A DNA stretch of 63,469 nt, the filler included, from Stramenopiles sp. TOSAG23-2 (taxonomy: Eukaryota): NCBI GenBank assembly GCA_900128395.1. It is 11 parts of 11 records of this genome, joined end to end, with 100 filler letters (N's around TTAATTAATTAA, not from the genome) between each part and the next. Parts side by side here need not be neighbours in the genome. Positions count along the whole stretch, not along the records: positions 23,160 to 28,841 come from LT650616.1; positions 28,942 to 34,622 come from LT650617.1; 9 more parts are not named here. One strand, 5' to 3'. The notes below the pieces were generated by a model. The model saw only the letters and a program-made list of their open reading frames with translations, was not told where the DNA came from and made no database searches. The translations under genes were made by a program, and so were the position numbers. This document shows positions 23,167 to 34,039 of the stretch, piece by piece (the stretch's first letter is position 1; the number at the start of each line of letters is the position of its first letter).

Positions 23167-25215
23167 ATGTTTGATAAAGCTAGGAAAAATGCAGGGCTTG
23201 ATGAGAGCGACGATGATGATGAGGGCGCACAGCTTGAAGAGATGAGAAGGCGTTATAGAGCATCGCAAAAACAAAATGATGAAGATGGCGATGATAGTCA
23301 ATATAAAAGTGGATCAAAGTCAAAAAAAAACAGTCAACAACCACCTGGAGATTTTAGTTGGGATAATTTTGACCAAGTGAAGCAACTGAGCGAAGCAAAT
23401 GCATCCTTGTTGCAGCAGCTGGATAGTAAAGATAAAGAGATTGATAAAATGAAAGCGATGGTTGCTGCAACTGCGCCGATAGGTGGTTTTGATGTTGAAA
23501 AGTTAAGTGGTGTTATTGGGCAAAATGGTAAATATGTTGATGAAGAGACTGGTTTTAAAGATGCGAAAATTGTTGAATTAGCGAAAAAGAACAGGCGTTT
23601 AACCGTAACGATGGAAAAAGAACGGTCTAAAGTTGGCAAGCTAGCAAAAGAGATTGAACGCTTGCAAAAAGAATTAAAAAGCAGCAAGTCGAAAAGTAAA
23701 ACTGCAAATCGTATGTTACCTGCAGATATTAAAAACAATAGGAATAATAATAAGGATAAAGCATCGTCGAAGGAATTAGCAGCAGCGGAAAATGAAATTA
23801 AAAAATTACGTCGGCGTACAGATGCCATTCGTATATCAAGGGACAAAGCAAAGGAAGATGTAAGACGCGTAATTAACGTTTTGCGGAAAGAAGTTGGAGA
23901 TAGTATTAATGTTGATGCCGTATTACAAGGTACCATGTCAGAAGAAGGATGGCGTGGTAGATCGCAACAAATAGTAATGCTCCGTACAAAATGCAAACGT
24001 TTAGAAAAAGAAATTAAAAGGTTACGGGAAGGTGATTTCGGTAATGAACGAAGAGGTGGGAAAGGAATGGTGAAAAATACTAGTAGTTCAACATCATTAC
24101 GATCTTCGTTTGATGTTGATGAACGTGCTACAAATCAAATCAAAGAGATGGAGCGAAATAAATTAGAAGCGGCGGAAACGGTTGCCAGGGAATTAGGAGA
24201 AATGAGAAAAATTGCCATATTGCAAAAAGAAAAGTTAGATGGGCAAAAAGCTAGATTAAGCAATCTAACAAAAGATAATAAAAAAATGAGAGGGGAAATT
24301 AAAGTGTTACTGAATAAAACTGGTACAGATGATAAATTAATCGATGCATTGAGAGAGGAAGTTGCACAAAGTCGCGCTGCCGTCAACGAGATGTCAAGAC
24401 GGTTAGAAAGCATCAAGATGCATGATGGGATGAACGAAGCGGAATGGACATTATTGAAAAAGAACAAGAAAGAGCAACGTCAACAACTTGAACAGCAAAC
24501 GGAAATGATAGCAACATTACGTGCACAAGTTGAACAAATGCAAAATAATGCTACAACAGATTTGGCAACGCGGGCAGAGCAAGATTTGTCTATCCATAAT
24601 AAAAATACGGATATCAATTTATTAAAGATTGAAAGTGAACGTGTAACAGAAATGGCTGAAATGTTTAAAAATAAGTTTGAAAATGAAACGCGTAAAAATG
24701 CAGCAGCAGCAAGTAAAATACGCGAATTAGAGTCACGTTGTGTATCATTAGAACGTAGGTTAGGTAATATACATTCCGGCGGATTGAAGCGCCAACCACC
24801 AGCAGATCAATTCCAACAATTGAAGGACAAATTAGCTTTACAAATTGAAGAAAATTTAGCCTTAAAAAAATCTTTCCGAACAGGCTTAGCAACGAAAGAG
24901 GAAGAATTGCGTATATTACGTACTTTAACAGAGCAACAACAGGCAGCATATGAAAATGCTATGACACATATGAGGAGACAAGTGAAACAGACTGCTGGCC
25001 AAGCTCAAGCGAAAGTGATACAAACTGAATCAAAAAATGATTCCAACATAATGACACAATTGCAAGCTGATAATGATTATTTACGAAAAGAATTAAAAAC
25101 TGTAAAAGACAAATTGAGGGAGTTTCAAATGAGATCTCGAATTAGAAAATCTGAATTTTTTGATGAAAAAAGTCGATCAGCCGTTAATGAACTTAAAAGA
25201 CGTGGAAAAAAGTGA
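23167..25215 (+). CDS. CCDC13: Coiled-coil domain-containing protein 13-like (centriolar satellite/ciliary); may be 5'-partial
   Basis: KIVELAKKNRRL, GWRGRSQQI and DDKLIDALR match conserved CCDC13 blocks. Confidence 0.75.
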   Translation: MFDKARKNAGLDESDDDDEGAQLEEMRRRYRASQKQNDEDGDDSQYKSGSKSKKNSQQPPGDFSWDNFDQVKQLSEANASLLQQLDSKDKEIDKMKAMVAATAPIGGFDVEKLSGVIGQNGKYVDEETGFKDAKIVELAKKNRRLTVTMEKERSKVGKLAKEIERLQKELKSSKSKSKTANRMLPADIKNNRNNNKDKASSKELAAAENEIKKLRRRTDAIRISRDKAKEDVRRVINVLRKEVGDSINVDAVLQGTMSEEGWRGRSQQIVMLRTKCKRLEKEIKRLREGDFGNERRGGKGMVKNTSSSTSLRSSFDVDERATNQIKEMERNKLEAAETVARELGEMRKIAILQKEKLDGQKARLSNLTKDNKKMRGEIKVLLNKTGTDDKLIDALREEVAQSRAAVNEMSRRLESIKMHDGMNEAEWTLLKKNKKEQRQQLEQQTEMIATLRAQVEQMQNNATTDLATRAEQDLSIHNKNTDINLLKIESERVTEMAEMFKNKFENETRKNAAAASKIRELESRCVSLERRLGNIHSGGLKRQPPADQFQQLKDKLALQIEENLALKKSFRTGLATKEEELRILRTLTEQQQAAYENAMTHMRRQVKQTAGQAQAKVIQTESKNDSNIMTQLQADNDYLRKELKTVKDKLREFQMRSRIRKSEFFDEKSRSAVNELKRRGKK

Positions 25216-25421
25216 AAGAGGAGAGAGAGGAGAAAGAGTGAAGAGAGATTTGTAGAGGCAGGGGCGTGTAATTATAGTGGTGTGAGATATGTTTGTGTAC
25301 TCGTCTCTTTCTTTATAAAAAATGTACGAGTAATATCTCTGCGTTTACTGAAAAACGTTTTTTAAATAAAATAAAATACATATGTAATATATATACGTGT
25401 CGTGTATTTTATTTGCTTTTT

Positions 25422-27362
25422 TTATATACGACGTGCTGCAATTGTATCACCAACAGCATCATCTACTGTATTAAAAACCGCTTCTTTTACCACGTTGTTC
25501 CTCCTTTGCGGATATGAACGATGATTATGTGGGTTTTTTGCATTTAAATGATTCTTTCGCATAGGATCATTATTTACATCTTGAAAATTAGTAGAGCGAG
25601 GGTCAGAAAACAGGGCTGAAGACGTGGACTTAGCTGGGCACATAGAACAAGTTATCGGTGGTGCACCATGATGATCATCGTCTTCCCTCAGTTTACTGCA
25701 ATGATTTACATCTAAATAATGAGGTTGGACTTCATTTTTTGGATCTTTTGAATCCTTCGAATCTTTGTCCTTCTTGTCTGTTTTGCTAGGTTTACTAGTG
25801 GCTTTCTTATCCTTCCCGGAAGCAAATGAACCTGCTACACTAGATGCTCCTATCACTGCATCGCCGCCAAATGGGTTATTATTCTTTTCAATAAACATAG
25901 TATCTAAATTTGCTGGCTCTAACATTCGAGCATAATCGATGTTACTGTGCATGGAAGTATCACATATTTTGCAACATGGGACAGGATCATTTTTAGCCTT
26001 ACCAAATGTCAGGCCAACTGTTGGATCAGGATCCGCAAAATTTTGGTTATCGGATAAACTCGCAGCTTTAGGGGCAGGGAGAAAATCAGGTGCACATAAA
26101 CTGCAACATGGCATAACTCCCATTGATTTGGATGTTGCGGGTAATGGTGGTGTTTTTGTTTTTCCAACTTTTCCACGTTTTCCACTCTTTCCACCTTTTG
26201 GTTTTTTACCACCTTTACTACCTTTTGGTTTCTTACCGGCTTTACCAGCTTTGCCACCGTTGCTAGTAACATCTACTTTTCCAGATTTTCCACCTTTTCC
26301 ACCACCATCTTCTTTTCCAGCTTTGGATTTTCCTTTATTCTTTTTGCCGGAGGATTTCTTTGCAGATTTTGATTCTTTCTCTGATGCTTTCTTTGCAGAT
26401 TTTGCTTTCTTCTCTGATGCCTTTTTTGATTTCTCCGAGGCTTTCTTGGCAGATTTAGCTTTTTTCTCCGATGATTTTTTAGCAGATTTGGCTGCCTTGT
26501 CTGATGATTTCTTAGCATTGTCAGAGGCTTTCTTATCTGCTTTTGCTGCTTTGTCTGAAGATTTCTTATCTGCTTTTGCTGCTTTATCGGAGGTTTTTTT
26601 GTTACCATTAGAAGCTTTTTTATCGGCTTTCGCTCCTTTATTTGATCCTTTTTTCTGAGCTCCATCACCACTTTTTTTACCCCCACCACCACTGCCACCT
26701 TTACTACCACCACCAGAAGGCTGGCTTTTACTACCACCACCACCTTTCCTACTATTTAAACTATTACTATCTTCCATATTACTACTACTCTGACCTTTCT
26801 TTACTAAAAGTTGATTATGATTATTTTCTTGCAAGAAAACAAATGCATTACCACTATTACCAAGCTCATTTTTCCCTTCGCCTTGATCGTCTTTCTTTTC
26901 TTTCATTGCTTTTTCGTTTTTCACTTCTTCGGCAACTTCCAAAAAGGCATTGTGTACATCTATCAACGCTTTACCACGTGGTGCATGAGCTATAATTTTC
27001 TCCTCGTGTAATATAGGATTACTATTATGGCCAACAGGTCGACCATATGCATGCCAAGCATGGAACCGTTTGACAGCTTCTAACTTATAGCTTTCACTTA
27101 CTTCAAGAAATGCCAAGTCACGATAAAACCTTGTTTCACATATCTTACAACATCCTCCCATTTTAAATTTTAATGCAGCTTCTTTACCTCGATTTTTTGC
27201 TTCTACCATAGGATTGTTTTGATCTTCATTATCTAAAGTAGACTGTAAACTATCGCTAGCAGATTGCATAACCTGAGGTACGAATGCTTCAACATGATGA
27301 TCTACACATAAAAAATGAAGCAGCACAAAAATTAAAGAGAGGACAAAAATGAGTGAAGACAT
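25422..27362 (-). CDS. Secreted Lys-rich protein with KxxK/GK repeats and CCxxC motifs
   Basis: First ATG at 27362 (MSSLIFVLSLIFVLL signal peptide); KKASDKAAKA-type and GGKSGK repeats; CCKIC, CCSLC, CCKIC. Confidence 0.8.
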   Translation of the reverse strand: MSSLIFVLSLIFVLLHFLCVDHHVEAFVPQVMQSASDSLQSTLDNEDQNNPMVEAKNRGKEAALKFKMGGCCKICETRFYRDLAFLEVSESYKLEAVKRFHAWHAYGRPVGHNSNPILHEEKIIAHAPRGKALIDVHNAFLEVAEEVKNEKAMKEKKDDQGEGKNELGNSGNAFVFLQENNHNQLLVKKGQSSSNMEDSNSLNSRKGGGGSKSQPSGGGSKGGSGGGGKKSGDGAQKKGSNKGAKADKKASNGNKKTSDKAAKADKKSSDKAAKADKKASDNAKKSSDKAAKSAKKSSEKKAKSAKKASEKSKKASEKKAKSAKKASEKESKSAKKSSGKKNKGKSKAGKEDGGGKGGKSGKVDVTSNGGKAGKAGKKPKGSKGGKKPKGGKSGKRGKVGKTKTPPLPATSKSMGVMPCCSLCAPDFLPAPKAASLSDNQNFADPDPTVGLTFGKAKNDPVPCCKICDTSMHSNIDYARMLEPANLDTMFIEKNNNPFGGDAVIGASSVAGSFASGKDKKATSKPSKTDKKDKDSKDSKDPKNEVQPHYLDVNHCSKLREDDDHHGAPPITCSMCPAKSTSSALFSDPRSTNFQDVNNDPMRKNHLNAKNPHNHRSYPQRRNNVVKEAVFNTVDDAVGDTIAARRI

Positions 27363-27603
27363 AATAAAAGAAACAGGGGCTTTTAAAACTTTTGCCTTTG
27401 GAATATACAATATGTATTAATATAGTGTCATGCTATTCAGGATACAATTGTTGCATTATTATAATCTATAACATATCAATTATTATATTATTGCTTTTTT
27501 CTTCTTCCCCCCCCATTATTATTATTTTGTTGATGGCGGCACATGATATGACTTGCCTCTACACAAGTATACTTCTTAGTATAATGAAAAACAAAAGGAA
27601 TTT

Positions 27604-27872
27604 TTACAAACTTTCCCTATATGTAATGATAATTCCATGGTATTATACTGTCTGTGTGAGCTTTTGTGTTTTTGCTGTGGTGCTGTGGTTTTGGTGTTTT
27701 TATTTTGGTTCTGTTTCTTTCTTTATACATGTAATGCGTTACAAACTTTCCCTATATGTAATGATAATTCCATGGTATTATACTGTCTGTGTGAGCTTTT
27801 GTGTTTTTGCTGTGGTGCTGTGGTTTTGGTGTTTTTATTTTGGTTCTGTTTCTTTCTTTATACATGTAATGC
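27604..27872. repeat. Exact 135-bp tandem duplication
   Basis: TTACAAACTTTCCCTATATG... at 27604 and 27739. Confidence 0.9.
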
Positions 27873-28062
27873 GCAGAGTCTTCCCAGCTAAGCTGAGATT
27901 TCTGGATTTCCAGCTTGTGGAAGCTTAAATTTCCTTTATTGTACGCCTTGCGGTTAAGGAGCCGTTTAATAGTATTAATAATTATAAAAATATATTTAGT
28001 AACTAGTATGCCCTCCTTAACTTTCTCCTTGTTTAACAACATTTCCATCGTTTTTACATAAA

Positions 28063-28272
28063 TTCAGGGCAGGGGTCCTTGCCAGCTTGCGCTTGCCTTT
28101 CACGGCACTTGGCACTAATAATAGTGCAATAATAATAATAATAATATAATAATACCGGTAATAATAATAATTAATATTTATAATAGTATAATAGTCTATA
28201 ATAAGTCTGGAAGTCGTCTATTATTACAACATTCGCCTGCCAGGCAAGCCCGGCAAGGACCCCTGCCCTGAA
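28063..28272. mobile_element. MITE-like element with 21-bp perfect terminal inverted repeats
   Basis: TTCAGGGCAGGGGTCCTTGCC at 28063-28083; reverse complement at 28252-28272; AT-rich interior; TIR core recurs at 57674. Confidence 0.7.
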
Positions 28273-28544
28273 ATATCATAAGTAATTACTTTTAGTTATT
28301 AAAATTTAAAGCAAATTTAAGGGTCTCATAGTAGATTGTCAAAATGCTTATAACATGGTAAAATCGATAGCATGAAATAGCATTATACTTTATATATTTA
28401 TAACTAAGAAGTATATTTACCTATGAAATAATTGAAAATTTAACTTCATCAAAATTCCTGTTGAATAGTTTTGGAATCCATTTGGAAAATTGGAAGAGTG
28501 ATTTTATGAATTTCTGTGTGATTTTGGATTAAGAAATGGATGAT

Positions 28545-28841
28545 TTTGATGGAAATGAAATAGATTTATCGATTTGTTAATGTGATAGGTACAATTAGTA
28601 GGCCAATTAGTCTATGAATTTATGTAAAGCCTAGAAAAGCGGACAGTTAGTCCCTGCTGTGTACGGCGTAAAAAAAACGACAAATAACCCCTGCTGTGTC
28701 TATGGACAAAAGCGGACAAATAACCCCTTTGATGGAAATGAAATAGATTTATCGATTTGTTAATGTGATAGGTACAATTAGTAGGCCAATTAGTCTATGA
28801 ATTTATGTAAAGCCTAGAAAAGCGGACAGTTAGTCCCTGCT
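28545..28841. repeat. Direct repeat, period 183 bp, truncated by contig end, with GGACA/CCCTGCTGTGT sub-repeats
   Basis: 28545-28658 is identical to 28728-28841. Confidence 0.85.
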
Positions 28842-28941
28842 NNNNNNNNNNNNNNNNNNNNNNNNNNNNNNNNNNNNNNNNNNNNTTAATTAATTAANNN
28901 NNNNNNNNNNNNNNNNNNNNNNNNNNNNNNNNNNNNNNNNN
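28842..28941. other. Artificial contig spacer
   Basis: N44-TTAATTAATTAA-N44. Confidence 0.99.
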
Positions 28942-29389
28942 AAATTATATAGATTAAATAGGTAAATTCAATCTCAGGAAATTTATTGGATTTATACGTA
29001 TTTTATAAATTTTCTATATTTTCATAAAAAACGGAGATATTTGGAAAATATTTATATATTTTTCAAAGTTTCTTTCGATGCTTAGACTACAAAAGAAATA
29101 GGTTTTGCAGCCACAATAGCTCCATCTTGCACACCTTAAAATCCTTTTCTTAAGTCCAATCCTCATCAATAAAATCTACTAAAATAATATCTATTTATCT
29201 AGTCATACACGAGGAAGAAAGATAGAATCAATACAAGTGAGCGAACAAGAGCATTGCAGTCGTCGTCATTATACTCTTACACTTTATATATAAAACCAAC
29301 ATTTACGAACATATTTATGTAATAAAAAAATACGTATATATATATATATATTATATTATATTACAATTAAATTAACGTTTCAATTAAAG

Positions 29390-30583
29390 ATGGAAAAATA
29401 CAACAATGGTGAAAAAGTACCTGGTTTCATACCAATGAGACAAGAAATTGATGTTATACAAGCTGGGACATTTTTAGATAGTTTAAATATACCAGATTGG
29501 GGAATGGATAATTTACAAATTCGACAAGCTAATAATGGCATGTCAAACCCTACGTATTGCTTATGGGGTGCAAATGCAAACACGCCGAAAAAAGTTATTA
29601 TACGTAAAAAACCACCTGGTAAATTATTACCAGGTGCACATCAAATTGAAAGAGAATATCGTATTATGAAAGCATTGGCAACTACCAAAGTGCCTGTACC
29701 AGCTGTATATGCTTTATGCGAAGATGAAAGTGTTTTAGGACGTGCATTTTATGTCATGGATTACGTAGAAGGGCGTGTGTTAAGCGATGATAAAATGCCA
29801 AATATGAAGCCAGCTGAACGTGCAGCCCTTTACGACCAGTTAAATTATATCATGGCTGAATTCCATAAAATTGATTTTGAAGCAATTGGTTTAGCAAAGC
29901 ATGGGAAACGTGGAAATTATGCAGCCAGGCAATTGAAAACATGGGGAAGACAATTTCGATTAGGTGCGCCAGTAGTAAAAGATCTAGTTGATAAACATCC
30001 GGATGCACCATTAGTTGTTGCAACGGAAGGTAAAATGGAGAAATTAATAACAAAGTTGGAAGAATTAGCAACAAAATATACCGATGAAACTACTTTAGCA
30101 CATGGTGATTTTCGTCTTGGAAATGTGATCATACATCCAACTGAAGCAAAAGTAGTGACTGTTTTAGATTGGGAAATCAGCACATTAGGTCATCCATTGT
30201 GTGATTTAGCATACTTGATGAAACCATGGTATACACCAGGAAGTTTCATGGAAGGTGTTGCAGTGACTGGTGGAGTAACGAATGTGGATGCAAAGCAAGA
30301 GGAAGGGTTTTTACCGGAAGGTGTCCCAACTGAGAATGAATATCTACAATTATATTGCCAACGACGAGGAATACCAATGGTAAGCGATGAGGAATGGCAA
30401 TTTTGGAAAGTATTAAATAATTTCCGTCTTGGTGCAATTACACATGGTGTTTATACACGTGGTTTACAAGGTAATGCTGGTAGTACATTGGCATTACGAA
30501 GTGGGATGCAATTTGTTTGGTTAACCAATATGGGATGTGAGAAACTTGGTATTGCAGATGATGGTGCACAAGCAAAATTGTAA
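29390..30583 (+). CDS. APH/phosphotransferase family protein (ACAD10/11 N-terminal-like) with PTS1 (-AKL)
   Basis: [51 protein letters not shown]; ends AKL. Confidence 0.9.
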   Translation: MEKYNNGEKVPGFIPMRQEIDVIQAGTFLDSLNIPDWGMDNLQIRQANNGMSNPTYCLWGANANTPKKVIIRKKPPGKLLPGAHQIEREYRIMKALATTKVPVPAVYALCEDESVLGRAFYVMDYVEGRVLSDDKMPNMKPAERAALYDQLNYIMAEFHKIDFEAIGLAKHGKRGNYAARQLKTWGRQFRLGAPVVKDLVDKHPDAPLVVATEGKMEKLITKLEELATKYTDETTLAHGDFRLGNVIIHPTEAKVVTVLDWEISTLGHPLCDLAYLMKPWYTPGSFMEGVAVTGGVTNVDAKQEEGFLPEGVPTENEYLQLYCQRRGIPMVSDEEWQFWKVLNNFRLGAITHGVYTRGLQGNAGSTLALRSGMQFVWLTNMGCEKLGIADDGAQAKL

Positions 30584-30766
30584 AAAGAAAGAAAAGAGAG
30601 ACAGAGAGAGAGAGAGTAACACATAAGTAATATATAATATTATACGAAGTATATGCCAGGTGGTATAAAATAATTTTATTACATGATATTTTGTAAAAAT
30701 CATTTATAAAAATCATATTTGTTTTCATTTAAATTATAAAATATATATGTACATCTTTCAAATATA

Positions 30767-31087
30767 TTATCCAAGTTTCTCTCGAATACTATTTAAGACA
30801 TTTGTAAATTCTTTATTCAACTTAACTTTAGCAAATGGATCTCCCATAAATTCCTTTCTAGCTAATGATTTTGCTTCATTTGTACTATAATCTATTTCAA
30901 CACGTTTATTATTAACACCTTCATTTTTATTTTTATATGATTCATACTCAACATCCAATAATAAATTATTTAATTTATATTTTAAATCATCCCTGGCAGG
31001 TGATAATAATGAATATGTAATTCCACCACTTAGTATTCCACCAATATAAAATGTTTTATGTGTCAATATATGATACAAAAATGCCAT
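30767..31087 (-). CDS. Small hypothetical protein with N-terminal hydrophobic segment
   Basis: ATG-initiated 106-aa ORF; FYIGGILSGGITYSLL segment; convergent with the APH gene. Confidence 0.55.
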   Translation of the reverse strand: MAFLYHILTHKTFYIGGILSGGITYSLLSPARDDLKYKLNNLLLDVEYESYKNKNEGVNNKRVEIDYSTNEAKSLARKEFMGDPFAKVKLNKEFTNVLNSIREKLG

Positions 31088-31650
31088 AACGATTATTTAC
31101 TTATTGTATTTTATTGTAAATGAAAGATGGCAATGTGTCATATATGGTAGTATATATATACTTTTGTTACATTCTTTTGTGAGTTTATTATGTAGTTTGG
31201 TGCTTCTTTTTGCCAGGCTTGCCCAGTCTGTCCATTAATTACTTGCGATAAATTTAGCACTACATAGCACTAAAAACAAGATTTCAGGTGAAAATATTTA
31301 TCGGAAGTAAATGCATTATTTCTATACCTTGGTTTTTTAATTATGGAATTATATAGTCAAAATATAATAGTTTTAATAATTGATATAATAACACATTTAT
31401 ATCAAATTATATATCGAATATTTATTAATAATAATTTTAAAGTGATAAAATACTGGAATTTTGGGCATGAAATCATGATTCTCGGATTTTCATTTTTCAT
31501 CAAAAAAATAGCAAATGATGGAAAAACCCACCTACAACAAAGGTCAATACACGCACAGATATCTCATATAGGATTCTCTTTTTATAAAGTCTCGCATAAT
31601 ATCCATGATATATTATTTATTTAATTGGAGACTCTGGCGCTCCACTCTCC

Positions 31651-33408
31651 TCATAATTTCAATGCAACATTTTCTAAATCTTGTTTTAATTTCATATCAT
31701 TTGTTGCATCCAATGAGACACATATTTTATAATCATTAAATGCATTTTGATATTGTTGCAACTGAACGTATGCAGCACCACGTTTGGCTAATATTTTAAT
31801 AATCCAAGAATTATATTCTTGCATATTGTTTACTTTAGATGGATAATAACCAATAATAACTAAATTCCTTTGTTGATTGTTGTTGTTGTTGTTGTTGTTT
31901 CCATCATTTGCTATTTTCTTTTTTACATCACTACTCGTAATACATCCCTCCTCGTCTTCTTTAAACTTCAATAATTCCAATGCAAAAGATGTATCATTTA
32001 TAGCTTCATTAAATTTACCTATTGCCAATGATGCACTAGCACGATTATTTAAAACAGAAATATATGTTGGTACATCTTTTAAAATTGAGCTGTAAATATT
32101 ATATGCATTAAAAATCTTATTTCTTTGATTGTTGTTATTATCATTATTACTATTGTGGTTGTTCTTGTTGTTGTTGCTATTTACTTTATCGTTTTCATGG
32201 ATATTACTCATTGAATTCCTTCCATCGTCATTATTATTATTATTATTATTATTACTAGCATTACGGAATAATTGATCTGCTTGTACTTTTAATTTCATTG
32301 TATTACATAATGTATTTACTTTATTTAAATCTAATAATAATGGTAATAATGTTTTTAAGATGGAATCATTTAATGTATTTAATAGATTCAATGCCTCATC
32401 ATGATCATCGATTGCATTATTAATTGTATACTTTAAATCACCATTATTATTACCATTGTTGATAGAGGAGGAAGAAGAAGAATTCATAACTAAATCTACA
32501 ATAGCTGAAGCTCGTCTTACATGCAATTTTATTTTATTAATTTTATAAAATATAATTTCATCTTTCCTCCTGGCTTTATTATTGTTGCTATTTATATTAT
32601 TATTATGATTAACGTTTCCATCTTGAATCTCATTTAACATTAATAAACCATTTGTACAATCATTTATACAATTTACAAAGTCTTTTACTTGTAAATGACA
32701 TGCAGCACGATTCGATAGTAATAATGCATGTGGTTGATCGCCTTTAATTATTAACAATTCATCGATTATAAATGTTAATATATCAATAGCTTTGATATAA
32801 TTTTGTTGTTTTCGAAATAAAATTTCTGACAATTGTTTTAATTCTATTATGATTCTTTGTTTTTCATTATTATCATGAATTGTTATGTATTTCAATTTCA
32901 ATATTTCATATACAACCATCTTGTATGATGTGGACGTTGGAGGTGTTAATGTTGTTGAATCAACGGCTGTATTTGTTTTATCTGTGTTATTATTATTATT
33001 ATCTTCATTTGTTATTCTTGTTGACGTTTTCAATAATAATAAAAGATGGTCTATTAAATATTGTTTACATTGTTTTTCATATTGTTGAATTAAAATACGT
33101 ATAATACCTTTTGCATATTTGATATATTTCTTACTTTTATTATCATTCGATTCCAAATAACAATTCCATTGTTCAATTGCTGCAGAAAGTACTAATAGAA
33201 GTGTTTTATTGTTATTCGCCCCATCTACCACATTATTATTATTATCGTCATTATCATTTACGTCTTCATTAATCTTTTTTATTATCACTTCCGTATTATT
33301 TTCTTCATCATCATCATTCTGAATACATTGTAATATTATTTGAATTTCTTGTATACAATATTTTTTATTTTTATTCAATACAATACGCAATGCATTTCCA
33401 AGGCTCAT
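31651..33408 (-). CDS. TPR-repeat protein with poly-Asn insertions
   Basis: LLSNRAACHL, LNNRASASL, KRGAAYVQL TPR motifs; ATG at 33408, although an upstream exon is possible. Confidence 0.8.
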   Translation of the reverse strand: MSLGNALRIVLNKNKKYCIQEIQIILQCIQNDDDEENNTEVIIKKINEDVNDNDDNNNNVVDGANNNKTLLLVLSAAIEQWNCYLESNDNKSKKYIKYAKGIIRILIQQYEKQCKQYLIDHLLLLLKTSTRITNEDNNNNNTDKTNTAVDSTTLTPPTSTSYKMVVYEILKLKYITIHDNNEKQRIIIELKQLSEILFRKQQNYIKAIDILTFIIDELLIIKGDQPHALLLSNRAACHLQVKDFVNCINDCTNGLLMLNEIQDGNVNHNNNINSNNNKARRKDEIIFYKINKIKLHVRRASAIVDLVMNSSSSSSINNGNNNGDLKYTINNAIDDHDEALNLLNTLNDSILKTLLPLLLDLNKVNTLCNTMKLKVQADQLFRNASNNNNNNNNDDGRNSMSNIHENDKVNSNNNKNNHNSNNDNNNNQRNKIFNAYNIYSSILKDVPTYISVLNNRASASLAIGKFNEAINDTSFALELLKFKEDEEGCITSSDVKKKIANDGNNNNNNNNQQRNLVIIGYYPSKVNNMQEYNSWIIKILAKRGAAYVQLQQYQNAFNDYKICVSLDATNDMKLKQDLENVALKL

Positions 33409-33914
33409 CGTTTGTCTATATATATATATAATGATATATGCATGCATATTCTCTGAAAAAATGATGTTTTCTAATTTCACAATTTACTTCATCGCATTTC
33501 ATTCAATTCAATTTAATAAAATTCATCAAAAATAATTCAAGTATAAGTTCAGTTGTTTGTAAAAAATCATCACTCTTACACAAAAGGATAAGGAAAAATT
33601 TCCATACATTTTTTAAAAATACATTAAGTATATATATTTATACACTATTATTTCTATCAAATAAAATAGTGAATCTTAGTATATATATATACATACTTCC
33701 TCGTAATACTTCATATAAAAGTAGGAAACCACCTTAAAAACTTTTAGAAATTTTTCCTTGTTCTGTACAGGTAGCTCTAGCTATACGGACCCAATGGGCA
33801 GTGGAAAACGAAATAGATAGGTATAATCCCAATATTCTCGTACTCAGAGTCTAGTGTACCACTTGTTTCTGTTACCATAGACACACCATAGCTTAAATAA
33901 TATCTACATATCAT

Positions 33915-34039
33915 TAAGTGGTACACGCCCTTGTGTCCATGCTAATTTTAAAATAAATAGTAGGCACATATGAAGGTGGGTGGTACACGCCCTTGTGTGC
34001 ATGTTAAAATAGCATCAACACAAGGGCGTGTACCACTTA
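33915..34039. mobile_element. Short inverted-repeat element (MITE-like, TA-flanked)
   Basis: TAAGTGGTACACGCCCTTGTGT 33915-33936 is the perfect reverse complement of 34018-34039; third copy at 33980-33998. Confidence 0.6.

Noticed and set aside
25939-26658. 239-aa Phe/Leu/Ala-rich plus-strand ORF and similar antisense ORFs (4641, 23334, 47937, 59963)
   Set aside because: Antisense shadows of low-complexity coding regions.
27392-27928. 178-aa hydrophobic ORF with an internal repeat
   Set aside because: Non-ATG start and a by-product of the 135-bp duplication in T-rich upstream DNA.
31651-33408. Calling the TPR protein DNAAF4/DYX1C1
   Set aside because: TPR motifs are similar, but no CS/p23 domain is visible; insufficient evidence.
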